A DNA stretch of 64,000 bases, taken from an uncultured Chloroflexia bacterium (GTDB lineage Bacteria > Chloroflexota > Chloroflexia > Thermomicrobiales > UBA6265). Positions 19,423 to 28,490 of this stretch are shown here, piece by piece. Made by a program: the position numbers and the translations under genes. Each line of letters opens with the position of its first letter. The first letter of the stretch is position 1. The stretch lies in NCBI GenBank assembly GCA_963777865.1, contig CAVZSG010000014.1, positions 36,490-100,489 of the forward strand, given 5' to 3'. A model generated the notes under the pieces. That model saw only the letters and a list, made by a program, of their open reading frames with translations, had not been told where the DNA came from and made no database searches.

Positions 19423-20157
19423 CTACACCAGCCCGCCAGTTATCCGGCCAACGATCCAGGTAATTGCCATCGTCAAGGCGCCAACAGCAACATTACGAAT
19501 CACCGCGGCGCGAGGCGCTGCTTTACCAAGCCGTGCGCTGAGATACCCGGTAAGTACCAGCCCGACTATCACCGAGATCACGCAAATCGCGACACGCCAA
19601 TTACTGAGCGGTACGAGGATGGCCACGACTGGTATCAAACCGCCTACCGCAAAGGAGATGAACGACGCCCCGGCTGCCTCCCAGGGCTTTGTCAGCGCAT
19701 CAGGATCAATGTGCAGTTCAGCTTCGGCGTGCGCATTAAGTGCGTTTCCAGCCATGAGTTCCCGTGCGACGCTTTTCGCGGTCGGTTCGGATAGCCCTCG
19801 CTCCCGATAAATCCGGGCTAGTTCCGCTTCTTCCTGTTCGGGGAGATTGGCAAGCTCCCAACGTTCGCGATTTATCGCCGCCTCTTCCGTGTCTCGCTGG
19901 GTGCTGACCGAGACGTACTCGCCACCCGCCATGGAGAGTGAACCAGCTACAAGTCCAGCAACCCCGGCCGTCAGGATCGTGGACAGGGTCGAGGTCGCGC
20001 CGGCAACACCCACGACTATTCCGGCTGTTGAGACAAGGCCGTCATTGGCGCCCAAAACGCCGGCACGCAACCAGTTGAGCTGGCCGCCTAACGAATCGGT
20101 ATGCGTCTCGCCGGTATGAAATCGATTGCCGAATGGAAGGGTTGGCTTCATCGGCAA
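19423..20157 (-). CDS. VIT1/CCC1 family iron/manganese transporter
   Basis: Contains LRAGVLGANDGLVSTAGIVVGVAGA and a central acidic helix region (EQEEAELARIYRERG) typical of VIT family proteins. Confidence 0.85.
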   Translation of the reverse strand: MPMKPTLPFGNRFHTGETHTDSLGGQLNWLRAGVLGANDGLVSTAGIVVGVAGATSTLSTILTAGVAGLVAGSLSMAGGEYVSVSTQRDTEEAAINRERWELANLPEQEEAELARIYRERGLSEPTAKSVARELMAGNALNAHAEAELHIDPDALTKPWEAAGASFISFAVGGLIPVVAILVPLSNWRVAICVISVIVGLVLTGYLSARLGKAAPRAAVIRNVAVGALTMAITWIVGRITGGLV

Positions 20158-20274
20158 TCACCTTCTCTTATCGGTAGTAACAGCTGAACTCGCCGACGCA
20201 TACGGCAGACCAACACGAATGGCAGTGCTCACGATTGCAGAACCATACGACAGCTCGCCATGATCCATTTGTTG

Positions 20275-21813
20275 TTATCCAGCGAGACCGGCGAACGAGT
20301 CGGTCTTGATCTTGTCCGGCTTCACGCCCAGTTCACGGAGAGCCTGCCTGACCGACTGGATCAGGGCGGGCGATCCCGAAACGTAGAAGAGTCGATCCCG
20401 GTAATCAGGCACCTGTAGGGCGATCATTTCGGCGTCGATCCTCCCCCGCTCCCCGGACCAGGCAAATGGTGCAGATTCTGGCTCAGAAAGTACGTAGACC
20501 GGTCTGAACCTGAAGACGCTTGGTGCCGCCTGGAAGACATCGGCATAAAGAATCTCGTCATATCGTCGGTTTGCGTAGAGCATCACGACGTCCCTCCGCT
20601 CACGGCGGTCAATCAGGTACTTGACCATGCTTCGGAACGGGGTCACTCCGATCCCGCCAGCGATGAAGGCAAGTTTTTGAGTCTGGTCTTTCGGCATCGT
20701 GAAATCACCGGCGACCTGGGCAGCCAGAATCCGGGTACCGGGCAAAGCGTTCCGAGCCATCGCCTGTTTGAACGAACTGCCGTGCTCGGAGAACTTCACG
20801 CCAATCCTTAGTGAGCGCTCTGTTGGAGACGACGCCAACGTGAAGTAGCGACGCTTTCCGCGACTGTCAACGTGGTCGTGATCAACGGTCCATTCCATGT
20901 ACTGGCCGGGTTGGTAGGCGAGTTTTCGAGTGGGGATGTAGAGAAAGTCCATCAGGCCGGGTCCAGACCACATCGCTCGATCGAGCAGGAACTGACGCTT
21001 CTGGATGGACCGGAACGGTATCGCGACGGCGCTGGCAATGATCAAAGCAAGCTCTGGTGTGAAGTAAAACGATCCGATATGCACCTGGGGCACGGCGAGA
21101 ATGCCGGCCAGCATCGCATACCCAACCTGCTGATTCCGGGTAGCGGGCAACGTGACTGGTTCGGTGAGCATGACGAACGCGAGGAACCAGAGTGGCGAGT
21201 CGAAGACACCGCGTTCGAGTGCCTGGGTGATAGTTTGGCCATCGATTGCGCTCCAGGCCAGAGTCACAAAGAAGGTCGACCAGAGAAACGTCGCGACCAG
21301 ATCGGTGCGACGCAGTTTGCGAACCAGCAAGAAGCCACCGATGATCACAAAGGGTGTCATGGTCGCTGTGCCAATCCACCAGCTGGCTGATTCACCGGCA
21401 AAGGTCGAGGTGAGGACTACGGCAATTGCCGCTGGGTTGAACAAATGCACGTGATTGATGGCCAGGATGTACTTCGAGGCCATCGCGAGAACTGCAGCCC
21501 AGGCGACGAATACATAGTCCCCTTGCGACATTGCGGGGCCAACGATCAGGGCCAGAATCAGGCCGGTGATCAGCGCGGAATCGTGATTCACGGGAGCACG
21601 GAAGACTTCCGCGAAGAGCCAGTTCATCGCAAGACAACCGCCGACGGCGAGCAGTGATGTCCCGACCAATTCGGTAAGCGAATATCCCAGTGTGCCGCGC
21701 CAGGACTGCACGAGGGCAATTCCGAGCAACGCGCCGAGGTAATAGATGACCAGGCGATACATGGAGACTCTGTTGAGCAGGGAATCCGGGAACTTCATTA
21801 CGTTAGAGAACAT
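20275..21813 (-). CDS. membrane oxidoreductase: polytopic RnfD/NqrB-like N-terminal domain fused to an FNR-like FAD/NAD(P)-binding domain
   Basis: The N-terminal ~330 aa are multi-TM and contain HLFNPAA. The C-terminal part has RRYFTLASSP (RxYS/T FAD site) and AFIAGGIGVTPFRSM (NAD site). The start is taken at the ATG overlapping the ApbE stop; ATG 21798 is the alternative. Confidence 0.75.
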   Translation of the reverse strand: MFSNVMKFPDSLLNRVSMYRLVIYYLGALLGIALVQSWRGTLGYSLTELVGTSLLAVGGCLAMNWLFAEVFRAPVNHDSALITGLILALIVGPAMSQGDYVFVAWAAVLAMASKYILAINHVHLFNPAAIAVVLTSTFAGESASWWIGTATMTPFVIIGGFLLVRKLRRTDLVATFLWSTFFVTLAWSAIDGQTITQALERGVFDSPLWFLAFVMLTEPVTLPATRNQQVGYAMLAGILAVPQVHIGSFYFTPELALIIASAVAIPFRSIQKRQFLLDRAMWSGPGLMDFLYIPTRKLAYQPGQYMEWTVDHDHVDSRGKRRYFTLASSPTERSLRIGVKFSEHGSSFKQAMARNALPGTRILAAQVAGDFTMPKDQTQKLAFIAGGIGVTPFRSMVKYLIDRRERRDVVMLYANRRYDEILYADVFQAAPSVFRFRPVYVLSEPESAPFAWSGERGRIDAEMIALQVPDYRDRLFYVSGSPALIQSVRQALRELGVKPDKIKTDSFAGLAG

Positions 21814-22549
21814 GATCGGCAAATCCATTCGTAGCGATTGCAGTTCGGTTCGACGAAATCGCATAGCCTTCGAAGCCATCGAGTTCGCCAATAAACTCGA
21901 TTCCGCCGCTGCCCATCGCAAATGCAGCTGTGGCCATCCGATCGGCATCAAAGATCGACTGAGCGATGACGGTCAGACTGACGAGGCTGGTTGCAAGCGG
22001 TAAATCGTTGTGCGGGTCGTAGATGTGATTACCGCGAATTGCCGTACCTGAGGTCGCTACGGCCAGGTCGCTGATCGCAAGTACCTTGACTTGCTCGTCG
22101 CGATTGAACGGGTTGCGGATTCCAACTCGCCACGGGTCACCATCTTCGTTGACTCCGACCGCCTGGATATCTCCACCGATTTCCACGTAGTGATTTCGGA
22201 ATCCGCTGGCGGTCAAGAGGTCGCTGGCCTGTTGAATCGCCAGGCCCTTGACCAACCCGGACGGATCGAATCGGCCGAGATGAATCGGGTCGAAGTACCC
22301 CTCGGTCTGGTCGCGGGTCATGTCGCACCACTTCAGTACTGCAGACATCTCCGGACTGACATCGTCCCGATCTATCTCACCCCGGGCGAATCGACTGACT
22401 TCGCTGGACTCGAGGTACGGACTGAATCGCTGGTTCACCTGTTCGAGGAGATCGACCACGTCATCGATTGCTTCGTCATCTGAATCCGCATCGACAATTC
22501 GGACCGATACGGGCATTCCCATCTGCTGCCAGATTCGTGCGGTAGTCAT
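21803..22549 (-). CDS. apbE: FAD:protein FMN transferase (ApbE family), short form without signal peptide
   Basis: 248-aa ORF containing GYFDP, PSGLVKGLA and AVATSGT, as in ApbE. Its start codon shares a base with the stop of the FMN-binding gene. Confidence 0.85.
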   Translation of the reverse strand: MTTARIWQQMGMPVSVRIVDADSDDEAIDDVVDLLEQVNQRFSPYLESSEVSRFARGEIDRDDVSPEMSAVLKWCDMTRDQTEGYFDPIHLGRFDPSGLVKGLAIQQASDLLTASGFRNHYVEIGGDIQAVGVNEDGDPWRVGIRNPFNRDEQVKVLAISDLAVATSGTAIRGNHIYDPHNDLPLATSLVSLTVIAQSIFDADRMATAAFAMGSGGIEFIGELDGFEGYAISSNRTAIATNGFADHVL

Positions 22550-23121
22550 CAGGCGGCCTGTTCCAGCGCTGATTTGAGCGACTGGATGAAGGCCCGGGAT
22601 GTGTCGGTCGCGCCAGACACGATGTCGACCTTCGCCTTCTGTGATTCGATCGCCTCACTGATCAGCACCGGCATCGCCCGTTTATTGATCGACCGGGATC
22701 GACTGCGATGATCCGGGTAGGTCAGGAATTCAACCGAACTGATCTCGCCATTCTGAACAACAACCTGAACCTGGACGTCACCCCAATGCGCGTCTGTGAC
22801 GTCACCGAGATAGGTTCCATCTGCGTAGGCACCGCTGGTAGTTGGATTCGCGGTAGCAGGACTGTCCGTTGGTGCTGCTTCGGTCGGCGGCGCAAACCCT
22901 ACGCTTTTGCCATTTGACGGTGCGATCGTGACCGTTGCCTGGACGGATGGCATGGATCCGGTCGAAATCGGCGTTGGAGTGACCGGGATCAGCATTGCCG
23001 CCTCGGACGATGTCCCGCCAAGCGATTGGGCTTGTTTTTGCAGCGCGTACAGGACGAAGAGACAGATTATCGAGAAGGAGAGGACGAACTTGGAGAATCG
23101 TTCAAACATGTGCTGATCCAT
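22549..23121 (-). CDS. membrane-anchored FMN-binding domain protein (likely ApbE substrate)
   Basis: Has an N-terminal TM segment (FVLSFSIICLFVLYAL), a Thr/Pro-rich linker and a C-terminal FMN_bind domain with the flavinylation-type motif DIVSGATDTS. Confidence 0.8.
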   Translation of the reverse strand: MDQHMFERFSKFVLSFSIICLFVLYALQKQAQSLGGTSSEAAMLIPVTPTPISTGSMPSVQATVTIAPSNGKSVGFAPPTEAAPTDSPATANPTTSGAYADGTYLGDVTDAHWGDVQVQVVVQNGEISSVEFLTYPDHRSRSRSINKRAMPVLISEAIESQKAKVDIVSGATDTSRAFIQSLKSALEQAA

Positions 23122-23184
23122 CGCTGATTCGCGGACAGACGCTCGAAGGGACGAGGCGCCTCTGGATCAGACAGTACGGTCAAA

Positions 23185-23206
23185 GGATTTGAATGGGATT
23201 TGAATG
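23185..23206. repeat. exact tandem direct repeat 2 x 11 bp (GGATTTGAATG) upstream of the flavin operon
   Basis: Copies at 23185-23195 and 23196-23206. On the minus strand they read CATTCAAATCC twice, immediately followed by TTTGACC. Confidence 0.7.
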
Positions 23207-23347
23207 CGGGGCAAGAAATGTGGAGACGAGGACACGAAACGTGAAACACCTGACTCGCTCGGCATTTGACCAACGTTGAAGGCCGCCAGCAACTGTTGCT
23301 CATCCGGCGTGACTGCGGATTCATCTGAAATTTTGGGGATGGTAGGG

Positions 23348-23420
23348 AGCGGGTGATCGGATTCGAACCGACGACATTTTGCTTGGGAAGCAAACACTCT
23401 GCCAACTGAGTTACACCCGC
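23348..23420 (-). tRNA. tRNA-Gly (anticodon CCC)
   Basis: Reverse complement is GCGGGTGTAACTCAGTTGGCAGAGTGTTTGCTTCCCAAGCAAAATGTCGTCGGTTCGAATCCGATCACCCGCT. It forms a cloverleaf with a 7-bp acceptor stem, a GGTTCGAATCC T-arm and the anticodon loop TTCCCAA. Confidence 0.9.
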
Positions 23421-23438
23421 TTGCCGACTCCGATGGTA

Positions 23439-24065
23439 TCACAGGGATTGCCCAGCTGACACCGTTTCAGGACACAAATATGGCGAAAACCTGGCCGCTA
23501 TCCCGGGTAGGCAACCCGCGTCGCCCTGGGCCTTCGCGGCCTCGGCCCACCAGATCAACTGGCCAAGCATTTTTTCGGCTGCGGCATTGACACTGGTCGG
23601 ATCGACCGGACGGCCAACGTCGTCGAATTGTGACCTGGCTCCATGAAAGCTGACCGTTTCGCGAATCGTTGGCGCATGAACCTCAGCGAAGACAACCCGA
23701 AGTTGTTCTACCGCTCGCAGTCCCCCCGACATGCCGCCATAGGCCACGAATCCGACTGGCTTCGCTTTCCACTCGTCGCCAACGGCGTCAATTGCCGTTT
23801 TCAGGTGGCCCGGGAACGAATGGTTGTACTCAGGTGTGACGATCACGAACGCATCGGCCAATGCCAGTCGGGCACCAAACTGTTCCAAGACAGGGGTCGA
23901 CTCAAGCGACTGCTCGATCGGGAATTCGGCCAGGTCGATCTTGTCGATGGTCACTCCCGGTCGATTCCGCGCATGGTCGACAAACCAGTCGGCGACGGTC
24001 GGCCCGAACCTCCCCTTGCGAACACTTCCAACGATGACAGCTATTCGTACGTTCGCTGATTCCAT
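23439..24065 (-). CDS. NAD(P)H-dependent FMN reductase family oxidoreductase
   Basis: RIAVIVGSVRKGRFG and VIVTPEYNHSFPG are typical of the NADPH-dependent FMN reductase family. Confidence 0.85.
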   Translation of the reverse strand: MESANVRIAVIVGSVRKGRFGPTVADWFVDHARNRPGVTIDKIDLAEFPIEQSLESTPVLEQFGARLALADAFVIVTPEYNHSFPGHLKTAIDAVGDEWKAKPVGFVAYGGMSGGLRAVEQLRVVFAEVHAPTIRETVSFHGARSQFDDVGRPVDPTSVNAAAEKMLGQLIWWAEAAKAQGDAGCLPGIAARFSPYLCPETVSAGQSL

Positions 24066-24110
24066 TTATCTATACCTCAATGCTTGCGCTTGGTCGACTC
24101 TTCTTGCGCA

Positions 24111-24141
24111 AGCGTAATACCTGAACTAATGTTTAGGTCAA
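24111..24141 (-). promoter_or_regulatory. SoxR-type promoter: TTGACC, 19-nt spacer, TACGCT, with a SoxR-box-like palindrome in the spacer
   Basis: The minus strand reads TTGACC-TAAACATTAGTTCAGGTAT-TACGCT. The 20-bp element ACCTGAACTAATGTTTAGGT (24119-24138) is an imperfect palindrome resembling ACCTCAAGTTAACTTGAGGT. Confidence 0.55.
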
Positions 24142-24153
24142 GGAGGTTGCACC

Positions 24154-24636
24154 ATGTCCCGACAGAACGCTCACACGATTGAATGGTCGGCGAACGAGTT
24201 GACTGTCGGCCAGGTTGCCACCAGAAGTGGTGTTTCAGTTTCGGCCCTGCACTTCTACGAGCGCGAAGGCTTGATCGAAAGTCGCCGAACCCGCGGCAAT
24301 CAACGACGGTACGCCAGGGAGACGCTTCGCCGGATTGCATTCATCCGGATCGCCCAGAGAGTCGGCATTCCGCTTGGGGAAATCAAGCTCGCGCTGGATT
24401 CACTCCCGCAGGGCCGCACTCCAACTCCGGACGACTGGAAACGCCTCTCCGAACAGTGGCGGGATGAACTGGATGAGCGGATCCTGCGGTTGCAACAACT
24501 CCGGGATCAGTTCACCAGTTGCATAGGGTGTGGCTGCCTCTCGCTTGCCCATTGCTCGATGGCTAATCCGGCCGATGCGCTCGGAGCGAATGGTCCGGGA
24601 CCACGTCGCCTGATCGAAACGATTCCTGAGGTCTGA
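24154..24636 (+). CDS. soxR: redox-sensitive transcriptional activator SoxR (MerR family, [2Fe-2S])
   Basis: MerR HTH (LTVGQVATRSGVSVSALHFYEREGLI) and the diagnostic cluster motif CIGCGCLSLAHC. AGGAGG precedes the ATG. Confidence 0.9.
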   Translation: MSRQNAHTIEWSANELTVGQVATRSGVSVSALHFYEREGLIESRRTRGNQRRYARETLRRIAFIRIAQRVGIPLGEIKLALDSLPQGRTPTPDDWKRLSEQWRDELDERILRLQQLRDQFTSCIGCGCLSLAHCSMANPADALGANGPGPRRLIETIPEV

Positions 24637-24694
24637 TCGCCATTCCCCGTATCATGCAGCCAATGGATTTCTCAAGAACCGGAATGGATCGCAC

Positions 24695-25918
24695 GTGAGC
24701 TCTCCCCTCCCCTCGTCGGCCGATGTTGTTGTGATTGGCGGCGGAATCATGGGCACGTCAACTGCCTGGCAACTCGCGTTGGCCGGTGCCGGTAAGGTCG
24801 TTCTCCTCGAGAAAGCGACCATCGCCGCGGGTGCCAGTGGCTGGACCGGCGCACTTCTGCGACGTCACTACACCAACTTGCCCGAGGCGACGCTCGCCCA
24901 CCAATCCCATCTGGTTTTCAGGGATTGGGCGAATGTGGTTGGTGGCGACTGTGGGTACACCAGTCATGGCCTGATCGTCACCGTTGATCAGAGCCCGCCG
25001 GTCGCCCACAACATTGAACTGTTGGAAGAGAATGTCGCGTTTCAGCGCTCACTTGGAATCGAGACCCAGGTTGTTACCGCGGCCGAACTCAAGGAGCTGC
25101 AACCCTGGTGTTATGTCGACGACATCACCACTGCCGCATATGAGCCAAACAGCGGGTATGCCGACGCTCCCCTGGCGACGCGCTCAATGTCCGACGCTGC
25201 CGAACGGGCCGGAGCGTTGATTGCCGAGTGGGTCCGGACGATCCGGATTCTGACTGACGGCTCGAAGATCACCGGTGTCGAAACGGATCAGGGAACGATT
25301 GCAACCAACACCGTGATTCTGGCGGCAGGTCCGTGGTCGGTTCAACTGGCCGAAACAACAGGCGTGGAATTGCCGATCGAGACGATTCGGGTTCAGGTGG
25401 CGATTGTTCACCGTCCGCGCGAGATCGCAGACCCGCATTTCGTCTTTCTGGACATGGCCGCGGGTGGATTTACCCGTCCATGGGCTCCGGGCAGATCGCT
25501 TCTCGGAGTGGCCGGCGGAGACCAGCACGATGCTGTTGACCCGGACAATTTTGTTCTCGGCAATGATCCGACGTACCCGGATGCAGCCAAGGCAGCGGTG
25601 GCGAAGCGGATTCCGGCGATGGCGAGAGCCCAGTACCTTCACGGGCACGCCGGACTCTATGACATGTCTCCGGACACGCATCCGATCATTGGTCAGGCAG
25701 GTCCGGATGGGCTGATCGTGGCGTGCGGATTCAGTGGCGCCGGGTTCAAGAAAGGTCCGGCGGTCGGGCAGTGCCTGGCCGAACTTGTAACTACTGGAAG
25801 GTCCAACCTGGTCGATCTGTCGCCGTTCGCGCTGAGTCGGTTTGATTCTCCAGACTGGGACAAGCCCTGGAGTGAGACCGAGTACGTCTTCACCAGCGAT
25901 TTCGGTCACAAGCTCTAA
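24695..25918 (+). CDS. FAD-dependent oxidoreductase (DAO family, sarcosine-oxidase-beta-like)
   Basis: Rossmann dinucleotide motif VVVIGGGIMGTSTAWQLA. 407 aa, intact. Confidence 0.8.
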   Translation: MSSPLPSSADVVVIGGGIMGTSTAWQLALAGAGKVVLLEKATIAAGASGWTGALLRRHYTNLPEATLAHQSHLVFRDWANVVGGDCGYTSHGLIVTVDQSPPVAHNIELLEENVAFQRSLGIETQVVTAAELKELQPWCYVDDITTAAYEPNSGYADAPLATRSMSDAAERAGALIAEWVRTIRILTDGSKITGVETDQGTIATNTVILAAGPWSVQLAETTGVELPIETIRVQVAIVHRPREIADPHFVFLDMAAGGFTRPWAPGRSLLGVAGGDQHDAVDPDNFVLGNDPTYPDAAKAAVAKRIPAMARAQYLHGHAGLYDMSPDTHPIIGQAGPDGLIVACGFSGAGFKKGPAVGQCLAELVTTGRSNLVDLSPFALSRFDSPDWDKPWSETEYVFTSDFGHKL

Positions 25919-25926
25919 ACACTGAT

Positions 25927-28405
25927 TCAGACGGTCTTGCCCAACCAGACGTCGGAAACCGATTGCACCCATTCATGGGGCAGCGTCACCGTTGTTTCAG
26001 CGGTGAATGTCACGACTGGACGATCCAACCAGCAACGTGAACTCACCTGCATCAGCCACCCATGCGTTCCTGATGTCGTCGAAGTACGCGAATGCCCGCA
26101 TGTCCAGATTGATGTTGACCGTCTGCGATTCCCCGGTTCCAGGTCAGCGCGCTCAAATCCCTTCAGCTCCTTGACCGGTCGTTCGATGGTTGGGTGCGGC
26201 TGGGACACGTAGACCTGCACGACTTCCGCCCCAGCGACCGTTCCTGTGTTGTGAACATCCACCGAAACGGACACGACTCCATCCAGAATCCAATCGTGAC
26301 ACGTCCAAGCTCGGATTAGCGAATGAGAATGTCGTGAACGAGCGACCAAAACCGAACGGGTATTAACTGGTAGCGTGCGAGCGTCGTACCAGCGATAGCC
26401 TCCGAATATTCCCTCGCGGTATTCGACCCGACCTCGCTCACCCGGATAACCAAGCTGTGCCGGGTTGTGCTCGACCTGCAAGCGGCCAGGTTGCGGGCAA
26501 CTTACCGGACGGATTGATGCGTCCAAACAAGACGTCGGCTATTGCATTTCCGCATTCCTGACCGGGATACCAGGCCTGCATCACCGCACTGACATCGTCC
26601 AGCCACGGCATACGCACAGGTCCGCCAGTTTGAAGCACGACGACTGTATTTGGGTTGACTTCAGCAATCCGTGTAACCAGTTCGTTCTGGCGACCCGGCA
26701 GGTCCATGTGCGGGCGGTCGTAGCCCTCAGTATCCCATTCTCCGTTGAGCCCGACGAACACAATCGCATAGTCTGACCGGGCGGCAAGTGCGACCGCCTC
26801 GTCAAGTTCATGACTGCGATCGATGAGGTCGAAGCCCAGTCGCAGCATCCAGATCCCGATGAACGAAGGTGTGAAAGTCGATCGCGTCTCGACTACGACC
26901 TCGTGAACGGTACCTGCCGATAGGTTCAGGGAACCGCGAATCTCCTTGCTGACGAGTCCGAAGAACTCGCCGCCTCGCTCCCAGTCGTCCCAGTAGTCAA
27001 TTACAAGATTGCCATCGACCAGGACGCGAAACGGTCCTGCAGATACAGCCCCAATCTCGTGGATACCGTCCTGGTCGGCGGTGACGGTGGTGGTCAGGCG
27101 CATCGAGAGATTGCCGATCGAGACCTCTGGATGAATAAAGCCTAGCCATAGGAAATCGGTGTCAGGTGCTGATTGTGTGTGAACGGGTGTACCAGCAAAT
27201 TCGGTGTTGTTAAAGATCTCGACCGTTGAATCACGTTGATGGATAGCAAGCAGCCGGGTATTGAGGCATCCTCGTGCGTGCTCAATCGTGCCCGGCCCGT
27301 CGACTGCGCTGGTTATCCCGTCAAGTGGACTGACCCGGTAGTGCGCGTTGATCTGGGAACTGCCGCCACCCATGATCTGGGCGACGGCTGCATTGGGTCC
27401 GATCACGGCAATTGACTTGCCGCCCGACCGATCAAGCGGAAGCACCCCGTTGTTCTCGAGCAGCACTATCCCTTGCGCGCCCGCTTCGCGAATCAATGCC
27501 CTGTGCTCTGGCTGGTCAATTGCCTGCTCCTGCTCAAGTGAAGGAGCGGCAGATGTTCGATCAATCAATTGCAGCATTCTGGCAGCGCTGGTGCGGACAG
27601 CTGATCGGCTCGCTTCCCCGTTGTTCACTGCGTCGACTAGTCTGGATCCACGCCACTTGGTTGGTCCAGGCATTTCCAGGTCGAGTCCCGCCTCAATAGC
27701 CGGAGCAGTCGACCTGGTAGCAGTCCAGTCCGACATGACCAACCCGTCAAAGCCCCATTCCTCTCGCAGAATTTCGGTCAACAATCGATGATTTTCCGAG
27801 GCGAATGTTCCGTTGAGTCGGTTGTATGAGCACATTACAGTCCATGGGTTGGCTCCGCGCACGATCATCTCGAAGGGGCGCAGGTAGAGCTCCCGTAACG
27901 CCCGCTCGCCAATAACAGAGTCGATCGTGTTCCGTTCAAATTCGGATTCGTTGCCCGTGAAATGCTTGACTGAAGCGGCGACTCCACCCGCCTGGAGTGC
28001 GTTCACCCAGGCGATGCCGATGGTTCCAGCCAGGAACGGGTCCTCGGAGAAGCTCTCAAAATTACGGCCCCCAAGCGGATGGCGGTGAATGTTCACGGTG
28101 GGACCGAGAATGACCTGAACCCCCTTGGTTTTTGCCTCCTCGGCCAATGCTGCGCCAATTCGTCCAATCAGTTCAGGATTCCAGGTTGAGGCCAGCGAAA
28201 TGCCTACCGGAAAACTTGCCGCCGGAGTACCAGCCGTAAACGATCCGGCCCCACGTGCGCCGTTTGGGCCATCGGACACCTTCAGTGATCTGACGCCAAG
28301 TCGATCGACTGCGGCGACTTCACAGAAATTGCGACCAGCCAGGAGCGAGACCTGCTCTTCCAATGTGAGGTTGTCAACGTCCGGCACGGCATTGTTGGTG
28401 GTCAT
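25927..28405 (-). CDS. glycoside hydrolase family 3 beta-glucosidase (at least three frameshifts in the C-terminal third)
   Basis: The N-terminal 655-aa ORF has GH3 motifs (KVSDGPNGARG, GFDGLVMSDW). The C-terminal Fn3-like domain (VSVDVHNTGTVAGAEVVQVYV...PVKELKGFER) is spread over other frames between 25927 and 26530. Confidence 0.85.
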
Positions 28406-28490
28406 CGTTGATCCCGTTCACGCAAATCTGGTCGAAGCACTGCCAGTTTACGCTCGAACGGTTCGCTACCGATTTCAGGATTGCGACCGA

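Noticed and set aside
20158-20274. Possible yybP-ykoY manganese riboswitch upstream of the VIT transporter gene
   Set aside because: The 118-nt gap lacks the conserved GGGGAGUAG and matching 3' elements and has no terminator. The gene is more simply read as co-transcribed with the upstream flavin genes.
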